Below the pieces are notes generated by a model, which saw only the letters and a program-made list of their open reading frames with translations, did not search any database and had not been told where the DNA came from. A DNA stretch of 62,916 nt, counting the filler, from Octopus bimaculoides (lineage: Eukaryota): the NCBI RefSeq assembly GCF_001194135.2. It is 6 parts of 6 records of this genome, joined end to end, with 100 filler letters (N's around TTAATTAATTAA, not from the genome) between each part and the next. Parts side by side here need not be neighbours in the genome. Positions count along the whole stretch, not along the records: positions 1 to 25,827 come from NC_068982.1; 5 more parts are not named here. One strand, 5' to 3'. How positions within the stretch are numbered: the stretch's first letter is position 1; each line of letters opens with the position of its first letter. A program made the translations under genes and the position numbers. Positions 13,211-25,827 of this stretch are shown here, in pieces.

Positions 13211-13910
13211 CAGAGGAATTTATTAATAAACAGCTTAATTAAGAAGACACCTAATTCCATTACTTGAACTAAAAAAAATAAAGAAATATTTTTAAAAATC
13301 ATCAAATAAAAAGGGGCTGATAATTCAGATCCTCGTTCTGAGTTAGAATCAAGTATCCTAATGACGAAACACTTTTGCCGCTGTGAAGCTCCAGCAGTGC
13401 AATTCTGTGTCAACCTGTTAACATAAATATTTAAGATATTTAGACTCTACAAAATGTGTGATATTTCATTTGTGATTCTATATTTATAAATGATAATCTC
13501 AATATACAAGAGATTTAGCTGAGTGGATTATTAGATATTAAGCCAGTGTTTCTTGACCTTTTTACCCCTGTGTAACCCTTAAAATAAATTACAAGTCTCA
13601 AGGAACCCCTGCACTAAAAAAATTATATGCCGTATCTTTCTTATATTTTTTTCATCGTAGTTCACGTGGTAAATATCATTCATTGCTTGAAATAAGGAAT
13701 AGAAGGACAGCTGACAACTGATGAAGGGTCGATTTTTATGTTACTTGTCTTGATTTCCATTTGCTTCTCTCGTTCTTTGTGTACCAAACTTTATTTTTGT
13801 ATTTCATATTGTTTACATTTTATGACGTCCTGTACCAATATATGCGTATCTATATGTATACGTATGTATGTATGTACATATATGTATGTATATATGCATA
13901 TATATATATT

Positions 13911-13956
<46 letters not shown>

Positions 13957-14644
13957 NNNNNNNNNNNNNNNNNNNNNNNNNNNNNNNNNNNNNNNNNNNN
14001 NNNNNNNNNNNNNNNNNNNNNNNNNNNNNNNNNNNNNNNNNNNNNNNNNNNNNNNNNNNNNNNNNNNNNNNNNNNNNNNNNNNNNNNNNNNNNNNNNNNN
14101 NNNNNNNNNNNNNNNNNNNNNNNNNNNNNNNNNNNNNNNNNNNNNNNNNNNNNNNNNNNNNNNNNNNNNNNNNNNNNNNNNNNNNNNNNNNNNNNNNNNN
14201 NNNNNNNNNNNNNNNNNNNNNNNNNNNNNNNNNNNNNNNNNNNNNNNNNNNNNNNNNNNNNNNNNNNNNNNNNNNNNNNNNNNNNNNNNNNNNNNNNNNN
14301 NNNNNNNNNNNNNNNNNNNNNNNNNNNNNNNNNNNNNNNNNNNNNNNNNNNNNNNNNNNNNNNNNNNNNNNNNNNNNNNNNNNNNNNNNNNNNNNNNNNN
14401 NNNNNNNNNNNNNNNNNNNNNNNNNNNNNNNNNNNNNNNNNNNNNNNNNNNNNNNNNNNNNNNNNNNNNNNNNNNNNNNNNNNNNNNNNNNNNNNNNNNN
14501 NNNNNNNNNNNNNNNNNNNNNNNNNNNNNNNNNNNNNNNNNNNNNNNNNNNNNNNNNNNNNNNNNNNNNNNNNNNNNNNNNNNNNNNNNNNNNNNNNNNN
14601 NNNNNNNNNNNNNNNNNNNNNNNNNNNNNNNNNNNNNNNNNNNN

Positions 14645-14715
<71 letters not shown>

Positions 14716-14794
14716 TTTCATGCTAGTGTTGGGTAAAGTAAAATGGTAATGTTCAAATCAAAATGCTTCATGCTATTTTGGTCTGGCTACATTA

Positions 14795-15134
14795 CCACCA
14801 TCATCACCACCACTACCACCATTGCCTTTTAACGTCCAGCTTCCATGATGGATGGTTTGACAAGGTCCAATGTATCCGAAGACTGCATCTTGCTCCAATG
14901 TCTGCTGTGTCATACTTCCTGCAGAAGGATGCCCTTCCTAACACCACCCACTTTAGAGTGTACTGGGAGCTTTTGACATGGCACCATTACCAGTGCTTTT
15001 TATGTGGCACCAACACCTGTGCTTTTTATATGGCACCATCACCTGTGCTTTTTATGTGGCACCCTCACCTGTGCTTTTTATGTGGGACCAGCACCTGTGC
15101 TTTTTATGTGGCACCAGCACTTGTACCTTTTTAT
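14795..15134 (-). mobile_element. Family C retroposon containing a 26-bp tandem array
   Basis: TTTAACGTCCAGCTTCCATG and GGATGCCCTTCCTAACACCACCCAC match the other family C copies. Five 26-bp units GTGCTTTTTATGTGGCACCAACACCT start at 14993, 15019, 15045, 15071 and 15097. Confidence 0.8.
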
Positions 15135-15632
15135 CAAACCTTAAATAAATAAAAAAATAAAAGTGGTGAGGGAAGAATATATTGGATGTTATCATGGAAA
15201 GCTTTAAAAATACAGGATGGTCATGGTTGGAAGGCTTTTGATCATAGTCCTGCTTGATCAAGGTTGAACTAGGACTAAACACTCACAGTGAATGTTGTTG
15301 GTTTCTAACATTTTACTAATGCAATGTGCAGTATTGCTTAGACAGAACCATATAATTCATAATAAGCAGCATTACGTAAATAAAAATATATATCATGAGG
15401 AAGAGAGGTTCACTGATACGTCTGCTTCCAAATTCAAGAAAAGCAATGGTAAGAGACATTCTTGTGTATCTTCCCTGCAGATATTTCCCATTCCTGAAAT
15501 AAATAAAGAAATAAAGCTAATCTCCCTATCGATAGGTAACCTTCAGGAGAAAGAATTCAGCAACTGGCTTCCTTTCTTTGTTGTGCAACATGTACAATAT
15601 TATAGATACCATATAAGTGATATAAATATATT

Positions 15633-15684
<52 letters not shown>

Positions 15685-16425
15685 NNNNNNNNNNNNNNNN
15701 NNNNNNNNNNNNNNNNNNNNNNNNNNNNNNNNNNNNNNNNNNNNNNNNNNNNNNNNNNNNNNNNNNNNNNNNNNNNNNNNNNNNNNNNNNNNNNNNNNNN
15801 NNNNNNNNNNNNNNNNNNNNNNNNNNNNNNNNNNNNNNNNNNNNNNNNNNNNNNNNNNNNNNNNNNNNNNNNNNNNNNNNNNNNNNNNNNNNNNNNNNNN
15901 NNNNNNNNNNNNNNNNNNNNNNNNNNNNNNNNNNNNNNNNNNNNNNNNNNNNNNNNNNNNNNNNNNNNNNNNNNNNNNNNNNNNNNNNNNNNNNNNNNNN
16001 NNNNNNNNNNNNNNNNNNNNNNNNNNNNNNNNNNNNNNNNNNNNNNNNNNNNNNNNNNNNNNNNNNNNNNNNNNNNNNNNNNNNNNNNNNNNNNNNNNNN
16101 NNNNNNNNNNNNNNNNNNNNNNNNNNNNNNNNNNNNNNNNNNNNNNNNNNNNNNNNNNNNNNNNNNNNNNNNNNNNNNNNNNNNNNNNNNNNNNNNNNNN
16201 NNNNNNNNNNNNNNNNNNNNNNNNNNNNNNNNNNNNNNNNNNNNNNNNNNNNNNNNNNNNNNNNNNNNNNNNNNNNNNNNNNNNNNNNNNNNNNNNNNNN
16301 NNNNNNNNNNNNNNNNNNNNNNNNNNNNNNNNNNNNNNNNNNNNNNNNNNNNNNNNNNNNNNNNNNNNNNNNNNNNNNNNNNNNNNNNNNNNNNNNNNNN
16401 NNNNNNNNNNNNNNNNNNNNNNNNN

Positions 16426-16504
<79 letters not shown>

Positions 16505-16884
16505 TATATTTAAACATCCACAATCAACAAATATGTCAACATGTTCTTTTACAAGCAACACTGGTGCTGTGAATTGTAGTCAGAAGGTTGCTAGCAGACA
16601 AACCAATCCAACCCACGTTGGAACAGAAATATAAACTTGTTGCTGCTGCAGCTGTTGGTGTTGCTGCTGCTACTAATGATAACGATGATGATGATGATGT
16701 TGGTGATCCTTATAAGGAGGAGAAAGGGAATATGCAAAACTTCATATCAATTTATTGGCACTGACTTTTGTCTTGCCCTCCTTTTATATAAAATGAAAGC
16801 CTAGTCAAGTTTAATTTCATTCCTCAAACATTAAGTGGTCCTTCTTTTGTTTTGTGACACTTGTTCCCTCTCTTACTCTGTATG

Positions 16885-16916
<32 letters not shown>

Positions 16917-18290
16917 TACACACACACACACATATATATATATATCTATATACACTACAGAGAGAGAGAAAGAGATAGAGAGAAGGAAAGNNNNNNNNNN
17001 NNNNNNNNNNNNNNNNNNNNNNNNNNNNNNNNNNNNNNNNNNNNNNNNNNNNNNNNNNNNNNNNNNNNNNNNNNNNNNNNNNNNNNNNNNNNNNNNNNNN
17101 NNNNNNNNNNNNNNNNNNNNNNNNNNNNNNNNNNNNNNNNNNNNNNNNNNNNNNNNNNNNNNNNNNNNNNNNNNNNNNNNNNNNNNNNNNNNNNNNNNNN
17201 NNNNNNNNNNNNNNNNNNNNNNNNNNNNNNNNNTCTCTTCAGGGAGTTCATAATAAAACATGTAATAGCAAGACAAAAACAAAATGATGAGGTAACTTAC
17301 GAGCAGAGATGAAACATGTGCAGGAATTAAAGGAACTTTTATTGACATGCGTTTTGCTCCATTTATTATTATCCATATCTTCTCAAAATGTATCAATTTA
17401 ACTTGGTATCTCTACCTGTAATACGGCTGTGATATCTTGTTTTTTAGTGCAATTTTGCTACCTCTGGTAACTATTAACGTATTTAAATTATCGAAAGTTT
17501 TAATAACTGAGATAATATTAATATATACATAAACTTATATATATATATCTATATACACTACAGAGAGAGAGAAAGAGATAGAGAGAAGGAAAGAGAAAGA
17601 GAAAGAGAGAGTGGCATAGACCCAGTTTTCTAAGTGATCTCATATTTAGATGGTAAATGACCCCAAAAGGCTTTTTTTTGTTTTTTGATAAATCCTTTTA
17701 AATCCTACAAGGGGGCCAATATTTCCCTCTACAGCTGATGGAAGTCATCATTATCGCTGTCCTGTGTATGACTTCAAAATGCATCTGGTAATGAGGGACT
17801 TAGGTCAGGAATTCCAGGATTTTGAAGAGCATGGAACTGCCTCTTAGCCACTAATGTTGCAAGGCCTATCCTGACCCAGAGTAGTAGCATCTTTCAAAAT
17901 CCCAGTTATGGGTCAGCTAGCATGTTACAGAATTGCCTCAGCAAGAACGACACTCACAGGCATCCACCAACAGACCCACAGCAGATGAGGCTCTTCAGTT
18001 CTTTAGCTGCTCATCTAAGAGAAGGTAACTGCATGCAAAAATCCTGCATCCTGATAACTATGGGGTCATAGTGCTTATTGCACCAGACCAATACAGTTTT
18101 GAAGTAGGAGACAGCAGGACTGGTTCTGCATAAAACATGCCTACTATAGTCATATTTATCAAACAGGTTGTTCAAGAAAGCAAAGCACCAGAACCAACAC
18201 CATTGCATTGTTTTCATAAGACCATTTGGTGATAGGGAAAGAGGTGATGCGGACTGATAGAGAACGCTACTGGAAGTCTTCAGCTTTGAT

Positions 18291-18427
18291 TCAGTAAACA
18301 GGTGCCTCTGAGGTGATGGTCGTTTCCCACAGACCTGAAAGAACACTGCGCAGCTGCGTTTGCTGAACCTTCATTCTTTCTAGTGACATGAGTTCACCAC
18401 TCCATATTTCATCAAGAGGACCAAAAG
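18291..18427 (-). CDS. Tentative exon of an unidentified host gene (xFGPLDEIWSGELMSLERMKVQQTQLRSVLSGLWETTITSEAPVY-stop; alternatively ends at a donor at 18335)
   Basis: AT-rich acceptor TTTATTTAATAG and a 45-codon open frame in non-repetitive, GC-richer sequence. Phase 1 start fits the 21009-21049 candidate. No protein family was recognised. Confidence 0.3.
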
Positions 18428-18587
18428 CTATTAAATAAATTAATTAATTATACATACAGATACCTCAAAATGCATACACACATACACACACACATTTTCT
18501 CCTTTTTTACCTTTAGAGCAATTTCTGGATTGTTCCACACTCCTGTGTGTTTTCTAAGTTTATTTGCACATGTACATGAGTGCACGT

Positions 18588-18620
<33 letters not shown>

Positions 18621-18811
18621 AATATTGACTCATCCCCCTCCTATACACACCCAGGTACATGCCCACAGATGCATGAACACACACACACTTATTAATTATG
18701 CAAATAGCAATCACAATCTCTTAGTAATGATGTGATATTAAAAGCAAAAAAATATTATGTATAAAAGGAAAGTAATTGAGTTATGTAAACAAGGAAACCA
18801 CATCATAACAA

Positions 18812-18858
<47 letters not shown>

Positions 18859-20305
18859 TTTATATGTATATGTATATGTATATATGTATGTGCCTATATG
18901 ATAAAGCAAGAAAAATGTGTGAGCAAGGGAACGAGAGAGAGGTGGAGAGGCAAAAGGGAGAGAAAGAGAGGAGAAAGGGATTAAACTGTCAGTAATTTTG
19001 AACCTGTCTTCTTCTCCAACCCATTCTTTTCTAACTGCTGCACTAAGGGCAGCTACTCTTCTTACCCTACTTTGTCATTAGGTGTGTGCCCCACTCCACA
19101 GCAATTTTCTGTCTTTTTTTTTTTTAAGAAAGAAAAAAATAACAACAAGGAAAAGCAAGGTGATGATTCCATTAAAATTTAACACATTGGCATTAAAATG
19201 TCTGATAAAATAAAACCATGGAGCCTCTTGTACAGTGACATGCAGTACAAACAAACAAAACAAACGGCGCTTTCTGAATAGAAGAAGCCCGAATAACTGT
19301 GAGTGTGCTTCAAAATAGATTATAGTAGAAAGTCTAGGAAATTCTATAGGGAGGAAGGATATTCAACTAGTGTCATTATATTTGTGTCTGCACTGGGAAA
19401 TGATAGACTAAATACATACAATCTCTATATTAATTAATTAGATAATGAGTTTGGCTTTTTTGAGATGAGATGAGCTTGGCAAGCCTTTTATGTCATTTTT
19501 TTTTTTTTTCTGTTAGGGTCACACTCAGTGCATTCTTTATATGTTTTGTTACACTTTATTTTTCGGTGAAAGATATTATGACTCAGTCGAAATATTGTTT
19601 AAACGTACAATTCTATAACCATTTTGAGTGATAATAGTTGATTTGCTTGTGGAAATGTTTGGTGTTTCTCTTTAAACTCCAGACTAATCTTCTAATAAAT
19701 GTCAGTTTTCCACCATCACCATCACCATTTTCGTAGTAATGCTTTAGGGAAGTTATCCATCTTTCCTAGTATATCGCTGTTTTTTTTTTTTTTTTTTTTT
19801 TTTTTNNNNNNNNNNNNNNNNNNNNNNNNNNNNNNNNNNNNNNNNNNNNNNNNNNNNNNNNNNNNNNNNNNNNNNNNNNNNNNNNNNNNNNNNNNNNNNN
19901 NNNNNNNNNNNNNNNNNNNNNNNNNNNNNNNNNNNNNNNNNNNNNNNNNNNNNNNNNNNNNNNNNNNNNNNNNNNNNNNNNNNNNNNNNNNNNNNNNNNN
20001 NNNNNNNNNNNNNNNNNNNNNNNNNNNNNNNNNNNNNNNNNNNNNNNNNNNNNNNNNNNNNNNNNNNNNNNNNNNNNNNNNNNNNNNNNNNNNNNNNNNN
20101 NNNNNNNNNNNNNNNNNNNNNNNNNNNNNNNNNNNNNNNNNNNNNNNNNNNNNNNNNNNNNNNNNNNNNNNNNNNNNNNNNNNNNNNNNNNNNNNNNNNN
20201 NNNNNNNNNNNNNNNNNNNNNNNNNNNNNNNNNNNNNNNNNNNNNNNNNNNNNNNNNNNNNNNNNNNNNNNNNNNNNNNNNNNNNNNNNNNNNNNNNNNN
20301 NNNNN

Positions 20306-20680
20306 CACATGGCTCCAGGTTCAGTCCCACTGCGTGGCACCTTGGGCAAGTGTCTTCTACTATAGCCTCAGGCCGACCAAAGCCTTGTGAGAGGATTTGG
20401 TAGACGGAAACTGAAAGAAGCCCGTCGTATATATGTATACATATATATGTATGTGTGTGTGTATATGTTTGTGTGTCTGTGTTTGTCCCCCCCAGCATCG
20501 CTTGACAACCGATGCTGGTGTGTTAACGTCCCCGTAACTTAGCGGTTCAGCAAAAGGGTCTAATAGAATAATTACTAGGATTACAAAGAATAAGTCCTGG
20601 GATTGATTTGCTCGACTAAATGTGGTGCTCCAGCATAGCCACAGTCAAATGACTGAAACAAGTAAAAGAGTAAAAGAGAG
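20306..20680 (+). mobile_element. SINE family A, near full-length (head clipped by gap)
   Basis: GGTTCAGTCCCACTGCGTGGCACCTTGGGCAAGTGTCTTCTACTATAGCC, internal (TA)/(GT)n, tail GGTGCTCCAGCATAGCCACAGTCAAATGACTGAAACAAGTAAAAGAG. Confidence 0.9.
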
Positions 20681-21008
20681 AGATTGGGTCTGAAATGAAT
20701 TTTATTATAAATCTGTTACATCGGGGCCAAACAGGGGCTAACAACAACAACAACAGCAACAGCAACAAAAGCAGTAGTTGTGGAGAAGGTGGAGAGGAGG
20801 AGGAGAAGAAACAGTAGGAAGAAGAGGGACGAAGAAGAAGAAGAAGACAAAGAGTCAAGAGGAGGAGGAGGAGAAAAGAATAGGAGATGGAAAATGAATG
20901 GACAGTTATTTCCATATTGTAGACAATGTTTTGAAATAGTGACTGGCTGTTGTTGTATACTTAATTATAATAGATTGCTAAGCTTTTCATTAAAGAGATC
21001 TTGCTCAC

Positions 21009-21049
21009 AAACTGAAGCAAACAATTCATCTGATATTTCTAGAGTTTCT
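21009..21049 (-). CDS. Tentative 41-nt exon (xETLEISDELFASVx)
   Basis: TTACAG acceptor and GTGAGC donor. Phase 2 to phase 1 would link the 29061-29183 and 18427 candidates. Confidence 0.25.
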
Positions 21050-21277
21050 CTGTAACTAATGTATATATCAATATATATCCAAGAAGGTGTTGTTTAGTTC
21101 CATTCACAGAATTTACTACAGAAACTTTAAGACAGCTATCTAAAGACATTACTCAAAAGCTACCCTTCTTGTTCTCTCTCTCTCTCTCTACACACACACA
21201 CATGAATACATGCATACACACACACATATATATACACACACATATATAAATATATATAGTATAAATATATATAATAT

Positions 21278-21441
21278 AGGTGTGGGCACGGCTGTGTGAT
21301 AAGTAGCTTGCTTACCAACCACATGGTCCCGAGTTCAGTCCCACTGCATGGCACCTTGGACAAGTGTCTTCTACTATAGCCTCGGGCCGACCAAAGCCAT
21401 ATGAGTGCCTTTGGTAGATGGAAACTGAAGGAAGCCCATTG

Positions 21442-21473
<32 letters not shown>

Positions 21474-21700
21474 CGTGTGTGTGTGTGTGCGTGTGTGTGT
21501 GTGTGTCTGTTTGTCCCCACCAACGTCAATTGATAACAGATGTTGGTGTGTTAACGTCCCCATAACTTAACGGTTCGGTAAAAGAGACCGATAAGTGCTA
21601 GGCTTACAACGAATAAGTCCTGGGGTCGATTTGTTTGACTAAAGGCGGTGCTCCAGCATGGCCACAGTCAAATGACTGAAACAAGTAAAAGAATAAAAGA
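21278..21700 (+). mobile_element. SINE family A, full-length
   Basis: Head GGCACGGCTGTGTGATAAGTAGC...GAGTTCAGTCCC, internal (GT)n at 21450-21505, tail ACAAGTAAAAGAATAAAAGAATA. Confidence 0.9.
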
Positions 21701-21816
21701 ATAATATATATGATTATGATGATGATGATGATGCATATAATATATATACACACATATATAATATATACATTATATATAAATATATATAATACACACACAC
21801 ACACACACACACACAG

Positions 21817-21847
<31 letters not shown>

Positions 21848-21848
<1 letters not shown>

Positions 21849-23084
21849 CAGATTTCTCACATGAAATGTATATTAAATGGGTTACTTATAAGTCATCTAT
21901 AAATGGATTTTTAATGAGTTTCTAAGTATTTGCTTGTGTTTACTCTTGACTCTTTTTCTTTCTAGACAATACTATTATTCAAAATTGCTACCTACAGCTT
22001 ATATGACAATATTGATAACTGAACAATACCGAGTGATTTTCTTGTATGGATACAAGTTGGCTCACTGCCACTGAAGCTCTATGAAACATCAAGCAGGCTT
22101 TTGGTAATGATTCTGCTGACATTAGAATTGTTCAGAGATGGTTGCAAAGATTTCTTTCGGGAAATGAAAGTCTTAAAAATGAACCAAGAGAGAGACCAAG
22201 ATCAAGTTATTCGGCATGATGAATTGAATGCTTTGGTTAAATGAAATCCGAGAACAACGGTCCGAAAAATCGGATCAGAGCTCCAGACATCTCCTGCAAC
22301 TGCTTCTCGACACTTGAAGAAAATTGGAAAAGTCAAAAAGATGTATAGATTTGTTCCCCATCAACTTAATGAGATTCAAAGAAACAGGTGCCTTACAGAG
22401 TGTTCCATGTTGATTTCTCGGTTGGAAAGAGAGCCATTTTTGTATCGACTCATTATGTGTGATGAAAAATGGATACTCTTTGATAAAAGCAGGAGGACAG
22501 GACAGTGGTTAGATGCAGGAGAGTCACCAAAACACTACCCTAAACCACCATTACACCCTAAAAAGTTGATGGTCACTGTATAGTGGTCAACAGAGGGGGT
22601 TATTCATTATTCATTTTTGCAACAAGGTAAAACTAACAGAAACATCCTGTTGTCAGGAAATCAATTGTATGCATGAAAAATTAAAAAAAGAAGCAACCCA
22701 GATTAGTGAATAGAGATGGACCAATTTTGCTTCATGACAATGCATGACCTCACACTTCTCAAGTTGCAAAGCCTGAATTATGAAATTTTGGCACATCCTC
22801 CTTATAATTCCGACTGATTATCACATATTTGAACACTTTGAGCTTGTTATATGCAATAAAACATTCTTAAATAAAGAAGAGGTAATTGAAGCTTTCAAAC
22901 AGTTTATCAGTGTAAAAGATGACAAATTCTTTGAAGATGGAAAATATGCCTTAGAGGAATGTTGGATGAAGGTAATAAATGAACAAGGATTATATGTTGA
23001 TTGAATAAATAACTATTCTAAAACTTAAAAAACAATTTTAATGTTTCCTTTCTCAAATGCGACATTTCATGTAAGACAGCCTGA
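21848..23084 (+). mobile_element. Full-length (1237 bp) inactivated mariner transposon
   Basis: TIRs TCAGATTTCTCACATGAAATGT (21848-21869) and ACATTTCATGTAAGACAGCCTGA (23062-23084), each flanked by TA. Transposase remnants are listed in the next feature. Confidence 0.93.
22003..23004 (+). pseudogene. Mariner (DD34D-type) transposase pseudogene
   Basis: Multi-frame translation gives IVQRWLQRFLSGNESLKNEPR, FVPHQL (WVPHEL motif), IMCDEKWILFD, LHPKKLMVTV, GPILLHDNA, AHPPY/PTDYHIF. It has several stops and frameshifts, and the SPDL part of YSPDLAP is deleted. Confidence 0.92.
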
Positions 23085-23120
23085 TATATATATCTATACA
23101 CACACACACACATACATGTA

Positions 23121-23415
23121 CAGTGGCAGACTGGGTCCAAAAATATTGGTTGCCAGGAGACTAAGGGGCTCCACCCGCAACTACAATGCGATAATTTAAT
23201 TTTTTTCTGTTTTTTTTTAAAGTATTCTTTTCAACTGTCTACAAACACAGCCAGGCTGAAATAATTAATGCATTCTTCCAGGAGTGAATAAAAAATGATC
23301 AAACTTGAGGGGATTGGCCCCTTAGATACTTACATGGGTACCTGTATATGGATCCTAATGGCGCAGGGGTCCACTTATCATCGGGCAAACTGGCAATTTG
23401 GCCAGTCCGCCACTG
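23121..23415. mobile_element. 295-bp MITE with TA flanks
   Basis: TA-CAGTGGCAGACTGG at the left and CCAGTCCGCCACTG-TA at the right (13/14 TIR match). Confidence 0.75.
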
Positions 23416-23599
23416 TATGTGTGTGTGTGTGTCTGTGTGTGTGTGTGCACATGTGCATGTGTGTGCGTGTGCACTACTTATTTCATTGCTGACTGCGAAA
23501 CAATACAATGATGTCCAAAACTCATATTATTGAGACAAAAATATGCTGAAAGCATATGAGATAGATATAAAGGCTATGCTTAAATTGTACTTTTCTCTT

Positions 23600-23980
23600 T
23601 TACTTGTTTGAGACACTAGACTGTGGCCATGCTGGGGCACTGCCTGGAAAAAATCTTTACTCGAAGGAATCGACCCCAATACTTATTGTATCAACCTCTT
23701 TTGCCAAGCTGTTAGGTTACAGGAATGTAAACACACCGACATCCGTTATCAAGTGGTGGTAGAGAACAAACAAAGGCACAAAGACGCACACATGCATAGA
23801 TACAGGTATATACATACGACAGGCTTCTTTCAGTTTCTGTTTACCAAATCCATTCACAAGGCTTTGGTCAGCCTGTGGCTATAGTAGAAGACACTTGCTC
23901 AAGGTGTCATGCAGTGGTACTGAACCTGGAACTATGTCATTGGGAAGCCAGCTTCTTACCAAACAGACATGCCTGCACTT
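23600..23980 (-). mobile_element. SINE family A, diverged full-length copy
   Basis: Reverse complement matches the family A head, middle and tail. Confidence 0.85.
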
Positions 23981-24328
23981 ATTTGATGTTTAGAAAAGAA
24001 AAGAATAATCTCAGCTTAATCTTAAACCCATGATTTCAGCAGAGGAAAAAGTCATTTAAAATTATTAAATGGTCTGTGCTTTAAATTCTGTTCTGAGATC
24101 AAATCTAGCTAAAGCCAACCCTGGTATTTATGTTTTTAGGGCTAGTAAAATAAAGTATCAGTTAAATACTGAAGATACTTTCACTAAATAATACTCTCTC
24201 TCTAAGATCTGAGGGAGTTGGATATCAGAATCAATAGCTATGCCCCTTCTGAGTTCAAATCCTGGGGTGAACCACTTTGACTTTTTCAACCCTGATCAAT
24301 AGAAGTGTCAGTCACAAACAGGGAGTGA

Positions 24329-24530
24329 TTTAACCCGTTAGCATTTAATTCAGCTATATCCAGCCGAAATATTCTTCCTGTTTTATGTTCAAACTAAGGA
24401 GATCCATCCTTGCCTATTTACCCCACAATATCATTCTAACAATGAGACAATCATATCATTGAAATCGTGAAACTATGGAATAAAGTATGATTAATTCAAA
24501 ATGATATACATAAACAAGCATTACATTTGA
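24329..24530 (+). mobile_element. Possible truncated piggyBac-like MITE (left end only)
   Basis: Begins TTAACCCGTTAGCATTTAA. No matching right TIR is visible. Confidence 0.4.
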
Positions 24531-24726
24531 TAAAAAAAAAAATGAATGAATTTATTATTTATTATTATTTTATGTTTGACTTTTGCTTTGCATTTGTACA
24601 AGTTGGATCCAAGTCTCACCCAGAGACCTCAAGAGACAAGTTAGAAGTTCATGTAGGTGTTATGCCTAGGGTACCATATATTTCGATTTGTACATAGTGT
24701 TGTTCTAGAGAGTGTTTAAGAAACCA

Positions 24727-24793
<67 letters not shown>

Positions 24794-24794
<1 letters not shown>

Positions 24795-24940
24795 TTTTCT
24801 ACTCTAGGCACAAGGCCCAAAATTTTGGAGGAGGGGTAGCAGTCGATTAGATCGATCCCCAGTACACAACTGGTACTCAATTTATCGACCCTGAAAGGAT
24901 GAAAGGTAAAGTGAATCTCAGCAGAATTTGAACTCAGAGC
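24794..24940 (-). mobile_element. SINE family B with long (ATT)n tail (24727-24793)
   Basis: Central domain TTTATCGACCCTGAAAGGATGAAAGG and B-box GAATTTGAACTC on the plus strand. Confidence 0.85.
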
Positions 24941-25076
24941 ATGAGAGAGCAGTGCATGCCATCAAAGTGACACTGGGGTAAAATATATGAAGCCCAGTAT
25001 AGCCATCATGACTACCCGTCTGATAAGGGTTACACCAGGCACCATCTATCACATATTATTATTATCATCATTATTA

Positions 25077-25440
25077 TACTTCCACCTTAGCGAAAGTGGA
25101 GGTATTGTTCTCAGTTGTGCTTGCTTGTTTGTTTGCCTGTGGACACGATATCTCAAGAACCACTAGATGGATTTGGATGAGACCTTCAGGGATGTTTGGC
25201 CTCATGACTAGCACGAGCTTATTAGATTTTGGGATTGATCTGGTACTGAACAAAAATTCTAGATTATTTTTTCCGTTTTTTTTTCTTAATTTTTGAGAGC
25301 AGTTGGGTTCATTTTTAGCATTCTCATTGGGAGAGCAATTGAGTTTATTTCAGATATTCTCATTTTAAAAATCATCTCCAGCTAATCATTGAGAGGATGT
25401 TGGCATTGCCTTGGCAGAGGTTTGCGCTCTCTGATTGCTC
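25077..25440 (+). mobile_element. Helentron/HINE (DINE-1-like) non-autonomous rolling-circle element
   Basis: 5' stem-loop CTTCCACCTT-AGCG-AAAGTGGAGG, then a short (TTGT)n and GATATCTCAAGAACCACTAGATGGATTTGGATGAGAC. The 3' end GCCTTGGCAGAGGTTTGCGCTCTCTG has a subterminal repeat and hairpin. This is the architecture of HINE/DINE-1-type elements. Confidence 0.7.
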
Positions 25441-25827
25441 ATTATTCTTATTATTCTTATTCTTATTCTTATTATCATTATTGGATTCTAATTAATAATA
25501 AAATATCTGCAATGAACTTTAGCGTAAAAAGCTTTATAAGGAAAAAAAAAAAAAACCTATCAGTTAGAAAAATCGTATTTATTTCAATATTCATAGTAAG
25601 ATATTCACTTCAAAAGTTACACACAAACTCAAAAATATGCTCGGTTTCATTTGCTTTTATGTATATTTTTTCAATAATTGTATAGAAATAGATAATAAAA
25701 AGCATAATTCTTTAAACATAATCTACATACAAATACTGTATACAAGTTTTGTTTCTTTGTGGAATATATCTGAACTCTTAGCAATGATTCTTCGAAACAA
25801 AAGATGATTACAAAAAAAAAAAAAAAA

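Noticed and set aside
14993-15122. CRISPR-like regular repeat
   Set aside because: The units are contiguous with no unique spacers, there are no cas genes, and the array lies inside a eukaryotic retroposon.
13330-15510. Further minus-strand exon candidates at about 15420-15508 and 13370-13414 continuing the exon chain
   Set aside because: Acceptors are plausible, but several frames and donors are possible and none gives a recognisable protein, so they are not supportable without RNA data.
16925-17600. Direct duplication flanking a gap (16925-16990 vs 17535-17590; likewise 34900-34960 vs 35458-35510)
   Set aside because: Identical microsatellite-edge sequence on both sides of an N gap is most simply a scaffolding artefact.
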